A stretch of DNA of 62,450 nucleotides, filler included. It is 5 parts of 5 records of this genome, joined end to end, with 100 filler letters (N's around TTAATTAATTAA, not from the genome) between each part and the next. Parts side by side here need not be neighbours in the genome. Positions count along the whole stretch, not along the records: positions 1 to 27,631 come from SRR31156797_13563; 4 more parts are not named here. The stretch is one strand, 5' to 3'. Positions within the stretch are counted from its first letter, which is position 1. Each line of letters begins with the position of its first letter. Both the position numbers and the translations under genes were made by a program. Below, one piece after another: positions 8,608 through 20,800 of this stretch. The notes under the pieces were generated by a model. That model ran no database searches, was not told the origin of the DNA, and saw nothing but the letters and a program-made list of their open reading frames with translations.

Positions 8608-11600
8608 TTACTTTAATTCAACATTCAGGTACACAGAATGACGTCCGTAGGTATCATAGAATGGTTTAAAAACCACACCATCAATATTAAATATCAATTG
8701 CTTTGGATTACCTTTTATAGATTTGCTAATATCTTCTGCATCCAGTGATATCTTTCTCCACTCAGTAAGCGACTCTGTTTCCTGAGCTGCGAGTAAAACC
8801 GGTCCGTAAAATAAGCTGGCAACGTTTTGCTGATCCATAACCGGTTCTAAGTAAAATTTAAAAGGTATACGTAATTCAATGGTATCACCATCTTTCCATT
8901 TACGACTTAGCGTAAGGTAACTTCCTGGAATAGCATTTACTTTTTCATCTTTACCATTGATTTTTACAAAAAATCCTTTTGTTGCCCAATGTGGTACGCG
9001 AACTTTAACATCAAATTTACCAGAACCTTTAACCGTTAACTGAGTATGATCTTCTTTCGGATAAGCAGTCGTTTGTGTTATGGTAACATTTTTATCTTTC
9101 CAGAACAAAGTAGAAGGTATAAAAAGGTTCACATACAATGCTTTATTATCTTCACTTTTAAAATAAATAGAATTCTGAAGTTTTGTGCTGCTTTCTAGCG
9201 CCGTTCCATTACAACAAGTAAAACCAGTCATATGTGCATTGGAAAAATGCTTTACCGATCCCATTCGTAACGGCACATGGTAAGTATTTGCCGGAGTATG
9301 CTCATCTACCGAAGCCAGAATATGATTGTAAAGACCACGCTCGTAATAATCCATTAACTCCGGACGCTGATCAAACATAAACAGGTTCTTAGTTAGTTTA
9401 AGCATATTATAAGTAGCACAAGTTTCATTCTGACCATCGGTATTAAAACCATGCTCATATAGCGTTTGTGGTTCAGGAATAAAACACTCTGAGTTATTAG
9501 GATTTTGACGCGATCCGGCAACTCCTCCAATACTATACATATAATCTTTCGTTGCTAAATCCCAGAAGTTATCTGCAATATGATAATAGTCGGGATCATT
9601 AGAATCAAGATACATTTCTATCGCTCCAACAATCTGAGGAATATGCTGGTTGGCATGTAAACCTCGAAATGAGTCTATATTCTTAGCTAATCCACCTGAA
9701 TGTGCTGCATCACCAAAAAACACACTAATGTTATCAAATAATTGTGCTGTTTCAAGATAATTTGGTTCCTTGGTTAGTCTGTATAACCTTGCCATTGCTT
9801 CGTTCATACCCCCAAACTCTCCGGCAATGTATGTATCCCACATCTTTATAAGTGTATCTGTTGGTATCTTACTTAATCGGGCATATACCCAATCCCCCAT
9901 ACCTTTTACGATTTCTAAAGCCTTTTCATTTTTATTGATTTCATAGATATCCATCAACCCGGCCAAAATTTTATGCAAAGTATAGTATGGAGCCCAAATC
10001 TGATTATCACCAGTTCCATATCTTGCGCCATGTTCCAACATGATAAATTGATCCGGAGGATAAGCACTGATAAATCCTTTACCCCAATTCCAATAGTCGC
10101 TACGAATACCCTCTACAGATAAATCCGAATCATAGTCTGTTTTGCCAGGCCCAGGAGGCACAGCTGTTGGATCGGATACAAATTTTCCACCTGCAGATTT
10201 TGGCTGACCAGATAATTGCGATAATTCATATAAGGTATTCACCATGTATTCAATCTTATCTGCAAAATTCGCCTGAAGTTCTTTATCATAAGCTGTACTG
10301 GCATAAGCCTGAGCTAAAGCTGTAAGATAGTGCCCTGTGGCATGTCCACGTAATTTAGTTGTCTGACTATCCCAAACCTTTAAAGCTACAGCCCCTTCTG
10401 GTTGTTCCTTGCCATAAGCATTGCGAAACATGTATAGGAAATTGTCAGGATTTACTTTAGCCAGACCATTTATAAATTTATCACGATTCTCGATAAATTT
10501 GGTATTATATCCGTTAATATCCTGATTTAAACATACCTGATCAAGATCGAATCCTTCCAGCGTGCGATGAGGCGCTGCATGTTCTTTGCACTCTTTAACC
10601 GTAACGATGGCCTTGGGTTGTATATCTGTTCCCGAAACCTTTCCTGTAATTGTATAAGTACCTGCTTTAATAACTGAGCTGTTATCCTTAGGAGCCGGCC
10701 AAAGTACAATTACCTCAGGTCCTTCGATATTATCCTTGTAAATCCCTTTAACAGTGCGAGGTAATTTTGGAAGAATTCCTACTTCGGTTTCCACCTGAAT
10801 GTCTGAAACACTACTTAAATAGGCATTGTATAATTGTGGTGTTGATTTTGGGAATTCAGGAAGATCAGATGCAGACTTTGTTTCTGCGCTCTCTCCTCCA
10901 ACATTTCTACGCCCACGATTTTTATAAATAGTAGCAATCTGTTCTTTTGTCAATGGAATTCTATAAATTCTAAAATCGAATAATTTGGCGTTTAAACCTG
11001 TATCATCTGTTGTTAATGATTTACCAATATATAGTTGATTATTCTCTGAATTAACATCAAACAAATCTTTCAGCTCCATATCAACATCAGCAATCTCATC
11101 TACAAAACTTCCATTGATATATATACCAAGTGTTTTTGAAGGAGCATTGAATACTATACTTATATGATTCCACTTATTTAATATTAATGCAGGTGATTTT
11201 ACAACATACTTTTCTGAATTATTCAACATTTGAACTTGACAACCTGCTTGGTTTTTAGTTCCTGTAGGAGTAAAAAAGAAATGTGTATCACTGTTTTTAC
11301 CAAAATCGAAGAGCATCTGACCTTTATTTTCAGCACGTAAAAAAATCCATGCTGAAATACTTACTGATTCTTCTCCACTCATAGTTTCCCCTGGTAGCGA
11401 AATATATGTATCGGTATTTCCATAAAAAGAAAGTGTCCTTCTTAATAAGCTATCATCAGCAAAATTATAATCTGGTCCTATAGCAATACCATGCAAGTTA
11501 TTTCGGGATTTATCGTTTACATCTCGTGTAAATATATATCGAGCCTTTAATGCAGTTTCTCCAATTCCATCAACCATCTGATCACCTCCCTGTGCAAATA

Positions 11601-11664
11601 CTAAAGTTGAACTTAGAAGACAAAAACTTATTATTGTTCCAATGAACAGCTTGTATATTGTCAT
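8608..11664 (-). CDS. Secreted LamG + Ig-like + GH127/GH146 beta-L-arabinofuranosidase-like protein
   Basis: LRGHATGHYL, WAPYYTLHKI, EFGGMNE, HANQHIP, ETCATYNMLK, CCNGTALE motifs. Confidence 0.88.
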   Translation of the reverse strand: MTIYKLFIGTIISFCLLSSTLVFAQGGDQMVDGIGETALKARYIFTRDVNDKSRNNLHGIAIGPDYNFADDSLLRRTLSFYGNTDTYISLPGETMSGEESVSISAWIFLRAENKGQMLFDFGKNSDTHFFFTPTGTKNQAGCQVQMLNNSEKYVVKSPALILNKWNHISIVFNAPSKTLGIYINGSFVDEIADVDMELKDLFDVNSENNQLYIGKSLTTDDTGLNAKLFDFRIYRIPLTKEQIATIYKNRGRRNVGGESAETKSASDLPEFPKSTPQLYNAYLSSVSDIQVETEVGILPKLPRTVKGIYKDNIEGPEVIVLWPAPKDNSSVIKAGTYTITGKVSGTDIQPKAIVTVKECKEHAAPHRTLEGFDLDQVCLNQDINGYNTKFIENRDKFINGLAKVNPDNFLYMFRNAYGKEQPEGAVALKVWDSQTTKLRGHATGHYLTALAQAYASTAYDKELQANFADKIEYMVNTLYELSQLSGQPKSAGGKFVSDPTAVPPGPGKTDYDSDLSVEGIRSDYWNWGKGFISAYPPDQFIMLEHGARYGTGDNQIWAPYYTLHKILAGLMDIYEINKNEKALEIVKGMGDWVYARLSKIPTDTLIKMWDTYIAGEFGGMNEAMARLYRLTKEPNYLETAQLFDNISVFFGDAAHSGGLAKNIDSFRGLHANQHIPQIVGAIEMYLDSNDPDYYHIADNFWDLATKDYMYSIGGVAGSRQNPNNSECFIPEPQTLYEHGFNTDGQNETCATYNMLKLTKNLFMFDQRPELMDYYERGLYNHILASVDEHTPANTYHVPLRMGSVKHFSNAHMTGFTCCNGTALESSTKLQNSIYFKSEDNKALYVNLFIPSTLFWKDKNVTITQTTAYPKEDHTQLTVKGSGKFDVKVRVPHWATKGFFVKINGKDEKVNAIPGSYLTLSRKWKDGDTIELRIPFKFYLEPVMDQQNVASLFYGPVLLAAQETESLTEWRKISLDAEDISKSIKGNPKQLIFNIDGVVFKPFYDTYGRHSVYLNVELK

Positions 11665-12207
11665 ATTTATACTTTTAATTGTAATGTAACTAATTAAGAT
11701 ATTAAGGTTAAACTTTTTCAGACTTCAAGGATACTAACCTTCTTGCAATAATTCACAAAAAAAGTACCTGATTTTTTTCAATGAAAAGTTAATTAATTAA
11801 TCTAATGCAGGTGGATTTTACTTTAATTCTCTTGTGTTGACTATTAAAAGTAAACCTGAATAGCGATGATAAATAGCCTATTTTTTTAGGATATTTAATC
11901 ATTAGTATCCGAATAGATAAACAAAGAAAACTTTATTTTTATGAATTACAATAATAAACTTATATTCTTGTCTGTAAAATCATGACTAAGTAAAAGTTGA
12001 TTATAATGAAAACCTATTCTTTAACATATCATAAAACATTCTAATCGCTTAATGGAGTAAATCACCTTTCCTAAATAAAACCAACTGAGGAATTGTGTAA
12101 TTATTTCTTACTGCTTATTAATATTACTGTCATATAGCAACAAATCATTTATTTTGTCAGAACTTCTGGTTTTTAATAGATTTACCTTTTTAATTAAACC
12201 TGATTTC

Positions 12208-12693
12208 ATGCAGAAATACCATCTTCACAACCGACCAAACAGAGAAATATTAGATTCTGATACACTTGATTCTATTCTTTTTAACGGAAAATTTGCCAGC
12301 ATTGCTATGTGCAGAAATAATGAGCCCTACATTGTATCATTAAGCTATGGTTACGATAAAACCAAACATGCGTTATATTTTCATTGCGCTCCGGAAGGAT
12401 TAAAACTGGATTTTTTAAAAGCTAACAACAATGTATGTGCAACTATTATCGAAGATGGTGGATATATTAAAGATGAATGCGGACATGCCTTCCGGTCGCT
12501 TGTATTTTGGGGTAATATGGATATCATAAGCGAAATTGAAGAGCAAAGATATGGCATGCAAATTATTTTGAAACATCTCGAAGAACAGCCTTCCATCATT
12601 AACAAGAAACGATTGCAATCGGAAGAATTTTATTCTAAAATGACCATTTTAAGACTGGATATAAAAGAAATACATGGTAAAGCCGGAAGATAA
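12208..12693 (+). CDS. Pyridoxamine 5'-phosphate oxidase/NimA-like flavin-binding protein
   Basis: EPYIVSLSYGY, YFHCAPEGLK, FRSLVFWG; ATG start at 12208. Confidence 0.85.
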   Translation: MQKYHLHNRPNREILDSDTLDSILFNGKFASIAMCRNNEPYIVSLSYGYDKTKHALYFHCAPEGLKLDFLKANNNVCATIIEDGGYIKDECGHAFRSLVFWGNMDIISEIEEQRYGMQIILKHLEEQPSIINKKRLQSEEFYSKMTILRLDIKEIHGKAGR

Positions 12694-12983
12694 ATTTTCA
12701 CCCGCCCAATATTTATTTCTGATTATTCAATAGTCTACTCTGCACTTCTCCATTTGCCATACCTATTCAAAAGTTGCTCGTGCAATTTAAATAACTCCTA
12801 ATGGTCGTAAGTATTTTACTCCCACAAAAGACAAGTTATATATACCGACATTCAAATGTTTAAATAACATATGAATGATATCTAATCAATCAGACATATA
12901 TCAAACCTAATATTCAATTTTATTAATTATTATTTTAACATTATCAATTTTTGTTTTAATTTTATTTCATAATTAATAAAACA

Positions 12984-13262
12984 ATGAAGAAAAAACTCCC
13001 TGTATTATGTCCCAGTTGCAATGCCGGACTAAAAGTCAACAGTCTGCATTGCGAAAGCTGTGAAACTACCATCACTGGTATGTTTGAGCTCCCTGTCCTA
13101 TTACAATTAGACCCCAAAGAGCAGGAATTTATCCTGAATTTTGTAGTCAGCAGTGGTAGCCTGAAAGTAATGGCTGAAAAATTAAAGCTGAGCTACCCTA
13201 CTGTTCGTAATATGCTCGATGATCTTATTTTAAAAATAGAAAACCTTAGAAAACATGCTTAA
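12984..13262 (+). CDS. DUF2089 family (Zn ribbon + HTH)
   Basis: CPSC...CESC and SGSLKVMA...SYPTVRNMLD. Confidence 0.85.
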   Translation: MKKKLPVLCPSCNAGLKVNSLHCESCETTITGMFELPVLLQLDPKEQEFILNFVVSSGSLKVMAEKLKLSYPTVRNMLDDLILKIENLRKHA

Positions 13263-13851
13263 AAAATTAACCAATCCGTTTACCTACATCGCCGGAAGCA
13301 AAGCATTATTATATGGATTACTGGCAATTATAGCCTCATCCCTTATCGGCCATTTCAGCAATACGCATTTTCCTGGAATTTTATCCATAAAAATGAGTCC
13401 AAGTCTGCCTCTAAGTTACTTTATGATGCAGGGTTTTATAAATTGGCTGATATTATCAGGATTGCTATATCTGGCAGCTATCCTTCTATCCAAATCATCA
13501 GTTCGAATTATCGACATATTTGGCACACTTGCACTGGCCAGAGCTCCTTATATACTTGCTGCATTAACCGGTTTCTCTAAATCGATGCAAAAGTTTGGGT
13601 TGTACCTTGTTTGGACATATTTAAAACAAGGCAAACCTGTTGAAATCACTTCGCTTGAAAAAGGGATTGCTATTTTTTGGCTTGTTTTTAATTTGCTTAT
13701 GACCATATGGTATGTTGCCCTGATTTTTAATGCCTATAAAGTATCAACCAACTTAAAAGATGCAAAGCTTATCCTTTCTTTTATTGTGATTTTGATACTT
13801 ACCATGATAATCACCAATTGGTTAACCTCTTTGTACATCACTAAATTTTAA
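13255..13851 (+). CDS. Yip1-like membrane protein
   Basis: About 5 TM helices; overlaps the DUF2089 gene. Confidence 0.6.
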   Translation: MLKKLTNPFTYIAGSKALLYGLLAIIASSLIGHFSNTHFPGILSIKMSPSLPLSYFMMQGFINWLILSGLLYLAAILLSKSSVRIIDIFGTLALARAPYILAALTGFSKSMQKFGLYLVWTYLKQGKPVEITSLEKGIAIFWLVFNLLMTIWYVALIFNAYKVSTNLKDAKLILSFIVILILTMIITNWLTSLYITKF

Positions 13852-13855
13852 AGTC

Positions 13856-14788
13856 ATGTTTAAAATACTAAGTTTATTATTCTGTTTAAACGCAGCTATT
13901 CTTCAGGCACAAAAAACAGATACTTTATTTATTTCTGTAAAGGATGTAAAACTACATACCGTAATTACTCAAGCAGAAAACACTCAACAGCAGCCGCCAT
14001 TGGTAATATTTATTGGCGGTTCTGGCCCAACCGATTTAAACGGTAACCAACCCGTTATGCAAAACAACAGCCTTATGTACTTATCAAATGCGCTAGCAGC
14101 TAAAAACATTTCTACTCTTCGTTACGATAAGCGTGGTGTTGGTAAAAGCGTCTATGCGAACTTTTACGAAGTTGATTTGCGAATAGATACTTACGCCGAT
14201 GATTTGTCGGAGATTGTTAAAGCTGCCCGTACAAAGGGATTTGCAAAGATTTTTTTGGCTGGTCATAGTGAAGGATCATTAATTGGCTTAATTGTGGCTC
14301 AACAAACCCCTGTTGATGGATTTATTTCGTTATGCGGAGCAGGAAATTCGGCCGATTCTCTGCTAAAGAAACAATTGCATCCTAAGTTGCCAGTCACTAT
14401 GTATCAGGAAACCACTTCCGTTCTTGACTCTTTAAAAGCAGGAAAAACAGTTCAAAATTATCCTCCTCAATTATTTTCACTATTCCGACCTTCGGTACAG
14501 CCTTATTTAATTTCGTGGTTTAAGTACGATCCAGCTAGTTTGATAAATATGCTTACTTGTCCTGTGTTGGTAATTCAGGGAGATAAAGACTTACAAGTCG
14601 ATTTGGAAGAAGCACATGCTTTAAGCAAAAATCTTTCAAAAGAAAACTTGGTGATTATTCCGGGTATGAACCACATTTTTAAACATATTGAAGGGGGCAT
14701 TCAGGAAAACATGGCATCTTACGGTAATCCTTTGTTGCCTGTGCACGAAGAGTTAATTACCAAATTGGTTGAGTTTATACAACCTTAA
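13856..14788 (+). CDS. Secreted alpha/beta hydrolase
   Basis: GSGPTDLNGN, RYDKRGVG, GHSEG nucleophile elbow, GMNH. Confidence 0.9.
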   Translation: MFKILSLLFCLNAAILQAQKTDTLFISVKDVKLHTVITQAENTQQQPPLVIFIGGSGPTDLNGNQPVMQNNSLMYLSNALAAKNISTLRYDKRGVGKSVYANFYEVDLRIDTYADDLSEIVKAARTKGFAKIFLAGHSEGSLIGLIVAQQTPVDGFISLCGAGNSADSLLKKQLHPKLPVTMYQETTSVLDSLKAGKTVQNYPPQLFSLFRPSVQPYLISWFKYDPASLINMLTCPVLVIQGDKDLQVDLEEAHALSKNLSKENLVIIPGMNHIFKHIEGGIQENMASYGNPLLPVHEELITKLVEFIQP

Positions 14789-14827
14789 AAAGCACACATT
14801 CGTTCTATTTTTGATTTGAGCTAATAA

Positions 14828-14860
14828 CAAAAAAAGAGGTCACTTAAAAAAGTGACCTCT
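14828..14860 (-). terminator. Intrinsic terminator between convergent genes
   Basis: AGAGGTCACTT/AAGTGACCTCT 11-bp stem with flanking A-run. Confidence 0.8.
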
Positions 14861-14884
14861 CATTATTGGTTTATATTTTAACAA

Positions 14885-17800
14885 CTACTTTATCACAAAG
14901 ATATCCTTGTAAATTGCATTTTCAGTAGTAATACTGTACACATAAACTCCAGAAGCAAGTTCTGAAATATTAACGTTATTTACTCCAGCCTCCATACTTT
15001 GTTGAAGAACAACAGCACCTTTCATATTAGTAACAACAAGACTACCTGTTGATTTCAATTCAAAATTGATATAATCAACAGCAGGAACAGGATAAACTTT
15101 CACATTTTCACTTCCTTCTATTTCACCAACAGCATTAGAAATATCTTTTCTAACTATTCTGTCTTCGCCATCTTCAGGATATGCAACAGCTGTAATAGCA
15201 CCACTAACACCTTCAACTAAATAGTTATAAAGCGCTTGCTGATAAGTTACTCCCAAAGTAGTAAACGACTTATCTGTACCAAAGTTAAATTGATCTCCTC
15301 CTCTGGCAGTAAAATCAGGTAAAGCAATATTAACGTTTGGAGCAGTAGCTGAAACCACACCGTCAACTACAATTGGTGTTCCGTCAGCTAAAGTTGCTGT
15401 CCAGATTCTTTCTCCAGCATTACCATTTATAACGTTTCCATCACCATCATACTCAATAGAAGTAGCTTCTGTATCCCAAACAATATCAATACCAGCCACT
15501 TGTAAGAAACGACCTGATCCGGAATTTAATCCACCTTCCATAGCAGAAACACTGTTCTCTAACACTTCTTTTAAATCAGCCGGTGTTACATCTTCAACAA
15601 CAGCAACAAAGTTAGAGAATGGTAGAATTTCGAAAGTATTCAGCTCGCTGATAGGACCTGCTGGTATAACGGTATTGTTACGAATACCACCGCCACCTAC
15701 AAGACCTATATCTGCAGCATCTACACCAAAATCAGTATGTAATTGGTTCGCTTGCCACAACATTGCATCTGCTACCAGATTACCCAGGTTAGTTTCGATA
15801 GCACGAATGCTGGTACGTGTTCCATCTAATGCTACTTCACTGTTAGCCACGACATTGCTGGCCATTTCATCCAATGCATCTTGAACAGGCTCTTCGGCAT
15901 TTACTCTTAATGAAGCATTGAAACCATCATTTTCAGGTTTTACCACATATAAACCACTTTCGTCGCTAATGGCAGTTACCACACCATTCTCATCAAAATC
16001 TAAATCCAATTTACCTACGTACTTATACTCTCCCGGAGTGGTAACTACATATACATTGTTACCTTCGCTATCCTGAACAGTGATAGGATATACATCATAG
16101 AAATCTCCATCACCAGGGAATGTTTCTACGCCTTCTTCCCCTAATAATTCGTCACCTCCACCTGCAATTACTACATCTACATTAGTTAATGAAGCAACCA
16201 AAGCTTTTTCTTCTTCAATATCCTGTAAGTGACTAATGACAACAATCTTGTTAATACCCTCAGCGGTTAACGCATTAACAGATGCTTGAATAGTAGCAGC
16301 TACATCATCATTAATTATAGTATTACGCGGTGAAGAAATATAATCTAACGAAGGTGTTGTGGCACCTACAACTCCAACTTGAACACCACCTTTTTCTATG
16401 ATGGTATAAGGAGCAATTCGACCTTCATCGGCCAAAGCTTGTAAGTTAGCTTCGTTTGTAAAATCAAGGTTAGAGCTTAAGAATGGCGTTTCTTCGGAGA
16501 AATCACTAATAAACTGAGCCAACACATCCGGTCCAAAATCAAAATCGTGGTTACCTAAACAAATAGCATCATATCCAATTTGTGACATTGCTAATGCATC
16601 GTAAATTCCATCCTCATTTTCTAAACCTACTGCAAACTGAGGTCCTGCAAGGAAGTTATCTCCTGAAGACAATGTCACTGACTCATTTTCTAATTCAGAT
16701 TTTAAAGCATCCAGCTTTGCTTTAAATGCCGCCACAGTACCAAATAATCCTTCTGTTTCGTCCTCTACTCCTAACAGTTTAGACTCTCCATCGTTATTAT
16801 GAAAAATAGTTAAGTCCCAGGCTTTGTTATATTGCTCGTTGAAGTCGATGGTAGTATACCAGTCGTTAGCTGCTAAATCAGTCCACATGCTTTGCATTAC
16901 AGCAGCTAACTGTATTGCTCCCATATCACCTGATGCATACATTGCTTCAATCATATCCTGATCATCAGAAGGAATAAACTGCTCATCACCTCCATAATGG
17001 GCAACATAGGCTCTGGTAAACGGCATCTTTAATGTTTCAGCTACTTCTTCAGATATATACAAAGGAGCACCCATCAACATATATTTTACTAAGTCAGGGA
17101 ACCCCTTATTTAAATAAGTTAAAGCATAGTTTTGGAAATCATCACTTACACCTTCAACTTCTTCTAATTTACCACCTTCAATTATTAATGATCCGTTATC
17201 GCAGATTTCAACCACTCTATATGGAGAAGGATAAGTAACTAACGAACCTGTTTGAACATCGGTAATTACATTTCCGTTTTTAGTCACTTTTTTAGTAATA
17301 TCCTGTGCATGGCTATGGCCGGTAAATACCACTTTAAGTCCGGCATCAGCCAACTGCTCAGAAACATTTTCCCAATCTTCAACCATATAATCAGCAAAGA
17401 AATCACCATGATAATTATAGTGCTCCAAGATACCGTGGTGCATAATAGCAATCACTTCTTTTCCGGCTGTTTCTGCATCCGCTAACACAGATTCAATCCA
17501 TGTTAAAGTAGCTGCTTTAATAGAACCAGCTGTTTCAGGGTAATCATCTGCAATATTATTGTCGTAGTGACAAGCATCAATTGAAAGAATCCAGTAATCT
17601 GTAGCACCGTCAAATTTCTCTACGAATGAAAGAGAGTTGGCATCGCTTTCATCCGCATCGGCATATCCATAATTGGCATATAGCGTTGTAAATTCTGATG
17701 GTGAGGTATAAGCAACTGCATTTGTGGTAGCTCCATCAAACTCAACTGCATGAGGGTTGTTAATATCATGATTACCCGGAGTTACAAAAACCTCGATACC

Positions 17801-20800
17801 ATTGGCCTCTAAAGTTGCAAACATAGCTGCTACTCCTTGATGACTTACATAAGCGCCATCTTTAGTTAAATCTCCAGGAACCAATACATAATCAGGAGAC
17901 TCCGCTAAAATATTTGCGGTCATTTCATCTAAGATCTCATCGCTTTCTGCCAGCATCTTTCTGTCTTGAGCCAGGTAAGTTTGAAATGCTTCCCCATCAT
18001 TTACCAATAAAGATGGAGCCATAAGGTGTAAATCGGCAATCACCATAAATTTAGCGTTCTCTTCAACATCTAACTCTGAATAAACACCTACTGATCCTGA
18101 AACTTCGTAACCTGCAATAAAAAGAGGTTCGTTAGTTGGGCTATCCTCTGCTGAAATAAATGAAAATCCTTCAGGACTTGTATTTCCTTCTCCTGTAAAG
18201 TAATCGTGATCGTTTAAATATTGAACAAACTCAACATCCATTGGATCGGTAACATCGTAAACAGCAATCGCATTTAATCTTTCAAGTCCGATAAAAGCTA
18301 AAGTTTTACCATCTACAACGCCTAAAGTTAAAGCCTCTGGCTCAATACCTTTATCATCACTTCGACTTAATAAATCTTCTTTTCCCTGAGGGCTGTTCAT
18401 TATGGTTTTCATCGTCAAATCTGAACCACTATCATAGACCTGGTTTCCAAATTCATCATAAATAGAGAAAGAACGGGCCCCCATTACAAAAAGATTATCC
18501 ATTTCTCCGTCTCCATCCAAATCATCCCAGGTTGGACTTAATGTAGATTTTAAACGACCTATATTTTCATTTTCCTGTAATGTTTCTGCATCCGGGAAAC
18601 GATCTGCATTTAAAGTAAGATCCTTAATACGAGCTTCATCTTCAAAGTCTCCATACTCACGACCGTCACCTTCGTTAGCAATGACAAAGTAATCCATACC
18701 ATTGTAATTGTAGGAAGCAATGGCATCAGGCATATATGTTCCCAATACTGGCTGATGAGAAAAAGTAATTTCATCTACTTTATCTGAAGGGGATATTTTG
18801 TTATCATCATTAAAAGAGATTAATCCTAAAACAGTATTATCTGTTTGACCTGCTCCAGCTAAACCAAAGTCGTTATCATTTATTACAGCCAATTGTCCTG
18901 TTGGAAGGAGAGCTAAACCTTCGGCTTTATCACTAGGTAAATAACCGATTGAAGGTAAGTTTAAAACCTTTCTTTTATAAACAGGTTGAATTCCGGCAGT
19001 CACAATCTCGTCAGCCGTCATTAACTCTAAAGTGGTTCCTTCAGCTAAACGAGCTAAATCCCTAATGTCCTGAGTCGTATTTACCTCATCTAATAAGTTG
19101 GTTGCACCTAAAAGATCAATTTCATAAATATATTTTTTACTTCCCTGATCACCTAAACCTTTTGAGTCGCGCTCAATTACAACTAGTCTACCATCACCTA
19201 CATAACAAGCATCTCCAATTTTATCTACAGCACTTTCTGCTGTACCCATATTGGCGTTACGCTCTAGTAAATAAATATATTCGCTTACCGGAGTTCCGTC
19301 AGTTGCACTGATTCCTAAAATTCTGATTACATCAGAAGATTTAGCAGCACTTGAAGGATTGTACATGGCAGACTGGATAAATCCATAAACAATACCATTT
19401 TCCTCATCGTAAGCAATACCTTCGAAACCTCTGTTTGCACGACGATTATTGTAATTAGCTGGTAACGTTTCTGCTCCGTAATAACCTTCTGTTTGTACTG
19501 TAGTTCCTAAAGAAGAAACCCCATCTGGCACATAACGCTCTATTAAAGTACCGTTAGCTGCAAACTTAAAAATAGATGGACGGTTTTCATCACACATCCA
19601 AAAGTTACCATCCGCATCTCTGATAATACCTTCAAAATCTCCTCCATATGGATCGTAAGTTAATTCCTGGTAGTAAGTACCGTCTACAGTATAATCAGCA
19701 CCTGTTTCAGAATCAAGGTATGTTACAGGAACCTCATCCATTCCTTCTACATTTCCTTTTCCGGTAATTGGCGTAGAACCATTCTTCGCATACATTAATA
19801 CCTGATCATCAGGATCGAAAGAAATAACTCCGGTAGTATGATTTAAAGAGAATTTAACCATACGCGCCTGGTAGCTTGGTAACTTATAAGGACGAAGATT
19901 ACCTGCGGCTCCTTCAACTCCTTTTACCAGGCCATCATTTGGTCCTCTGTCTGGTACTGCCCAAAATACAGATACCGATTCTGTAGAATTATGTTGATCG
20001 TAACATAAACCAGAGAAACCACCTAACATTACTGTTGGCGTTTCTGTTCCATAATTAGGAGTTCCAAGAGAAGGCCAGTTTGAAGCTTCATTTAAAACAA
20101 AAGTTTCCAATTCTGGCTGACCTTTTGAAAAGTCTTTATGCCCTAACGGTAAAATATCAGTAACCGTTGCACTTGCTAAATCTACTTTAGCTACAGCATT
20201 ATTTTCCTGTAAAGTAACATAAGCTGTAGTATTATCTGTACTGATGGCAACATACTCGGGCTCTAAATCCTGTGCTACAGTTTGCCCTGCATTATCCTGA
20301 ATTCTTACTCCAATTCCTCGCAAGTAGGCTTGCTTATCATTATGTAAAGTAAAATCTGCAGTACTTACTGTTGCTGTTTCTAAACCGGACGAAATATCGA
20401 TAACAGTAACAGATCCTTCCGGGTCATTATCGTAGTCATCATTCGGCTCACCTTCATTGGCAACCACAATGTAATTTCCATCCTTAGAAAATGTAAGCAT
20501 ATCAGGTAATGCGCCTGCTTCGTACTCTTTTAGAACTGAAGCATCGCTTGCATTTAATACGACTACAGTTCCATTATCCTGCTTAACTTCTGCTGTTATA
20601 GCTACAGCAACATAATCGCCATAGGCAGCAACCGAAGTAGCGCCACCTCCCATTTCACTATAATCAAAAAGATACTTTAATATTGGCTTAGAAGGATTAG
20701 AAAAATCATAAGCATCAACGGTACTATTGGGATCATTTAAAACCCAAAGTGTTTGTGTATTCTTATTGTAAGCAACAATTTCAGCGGCTGATTCTTCACC

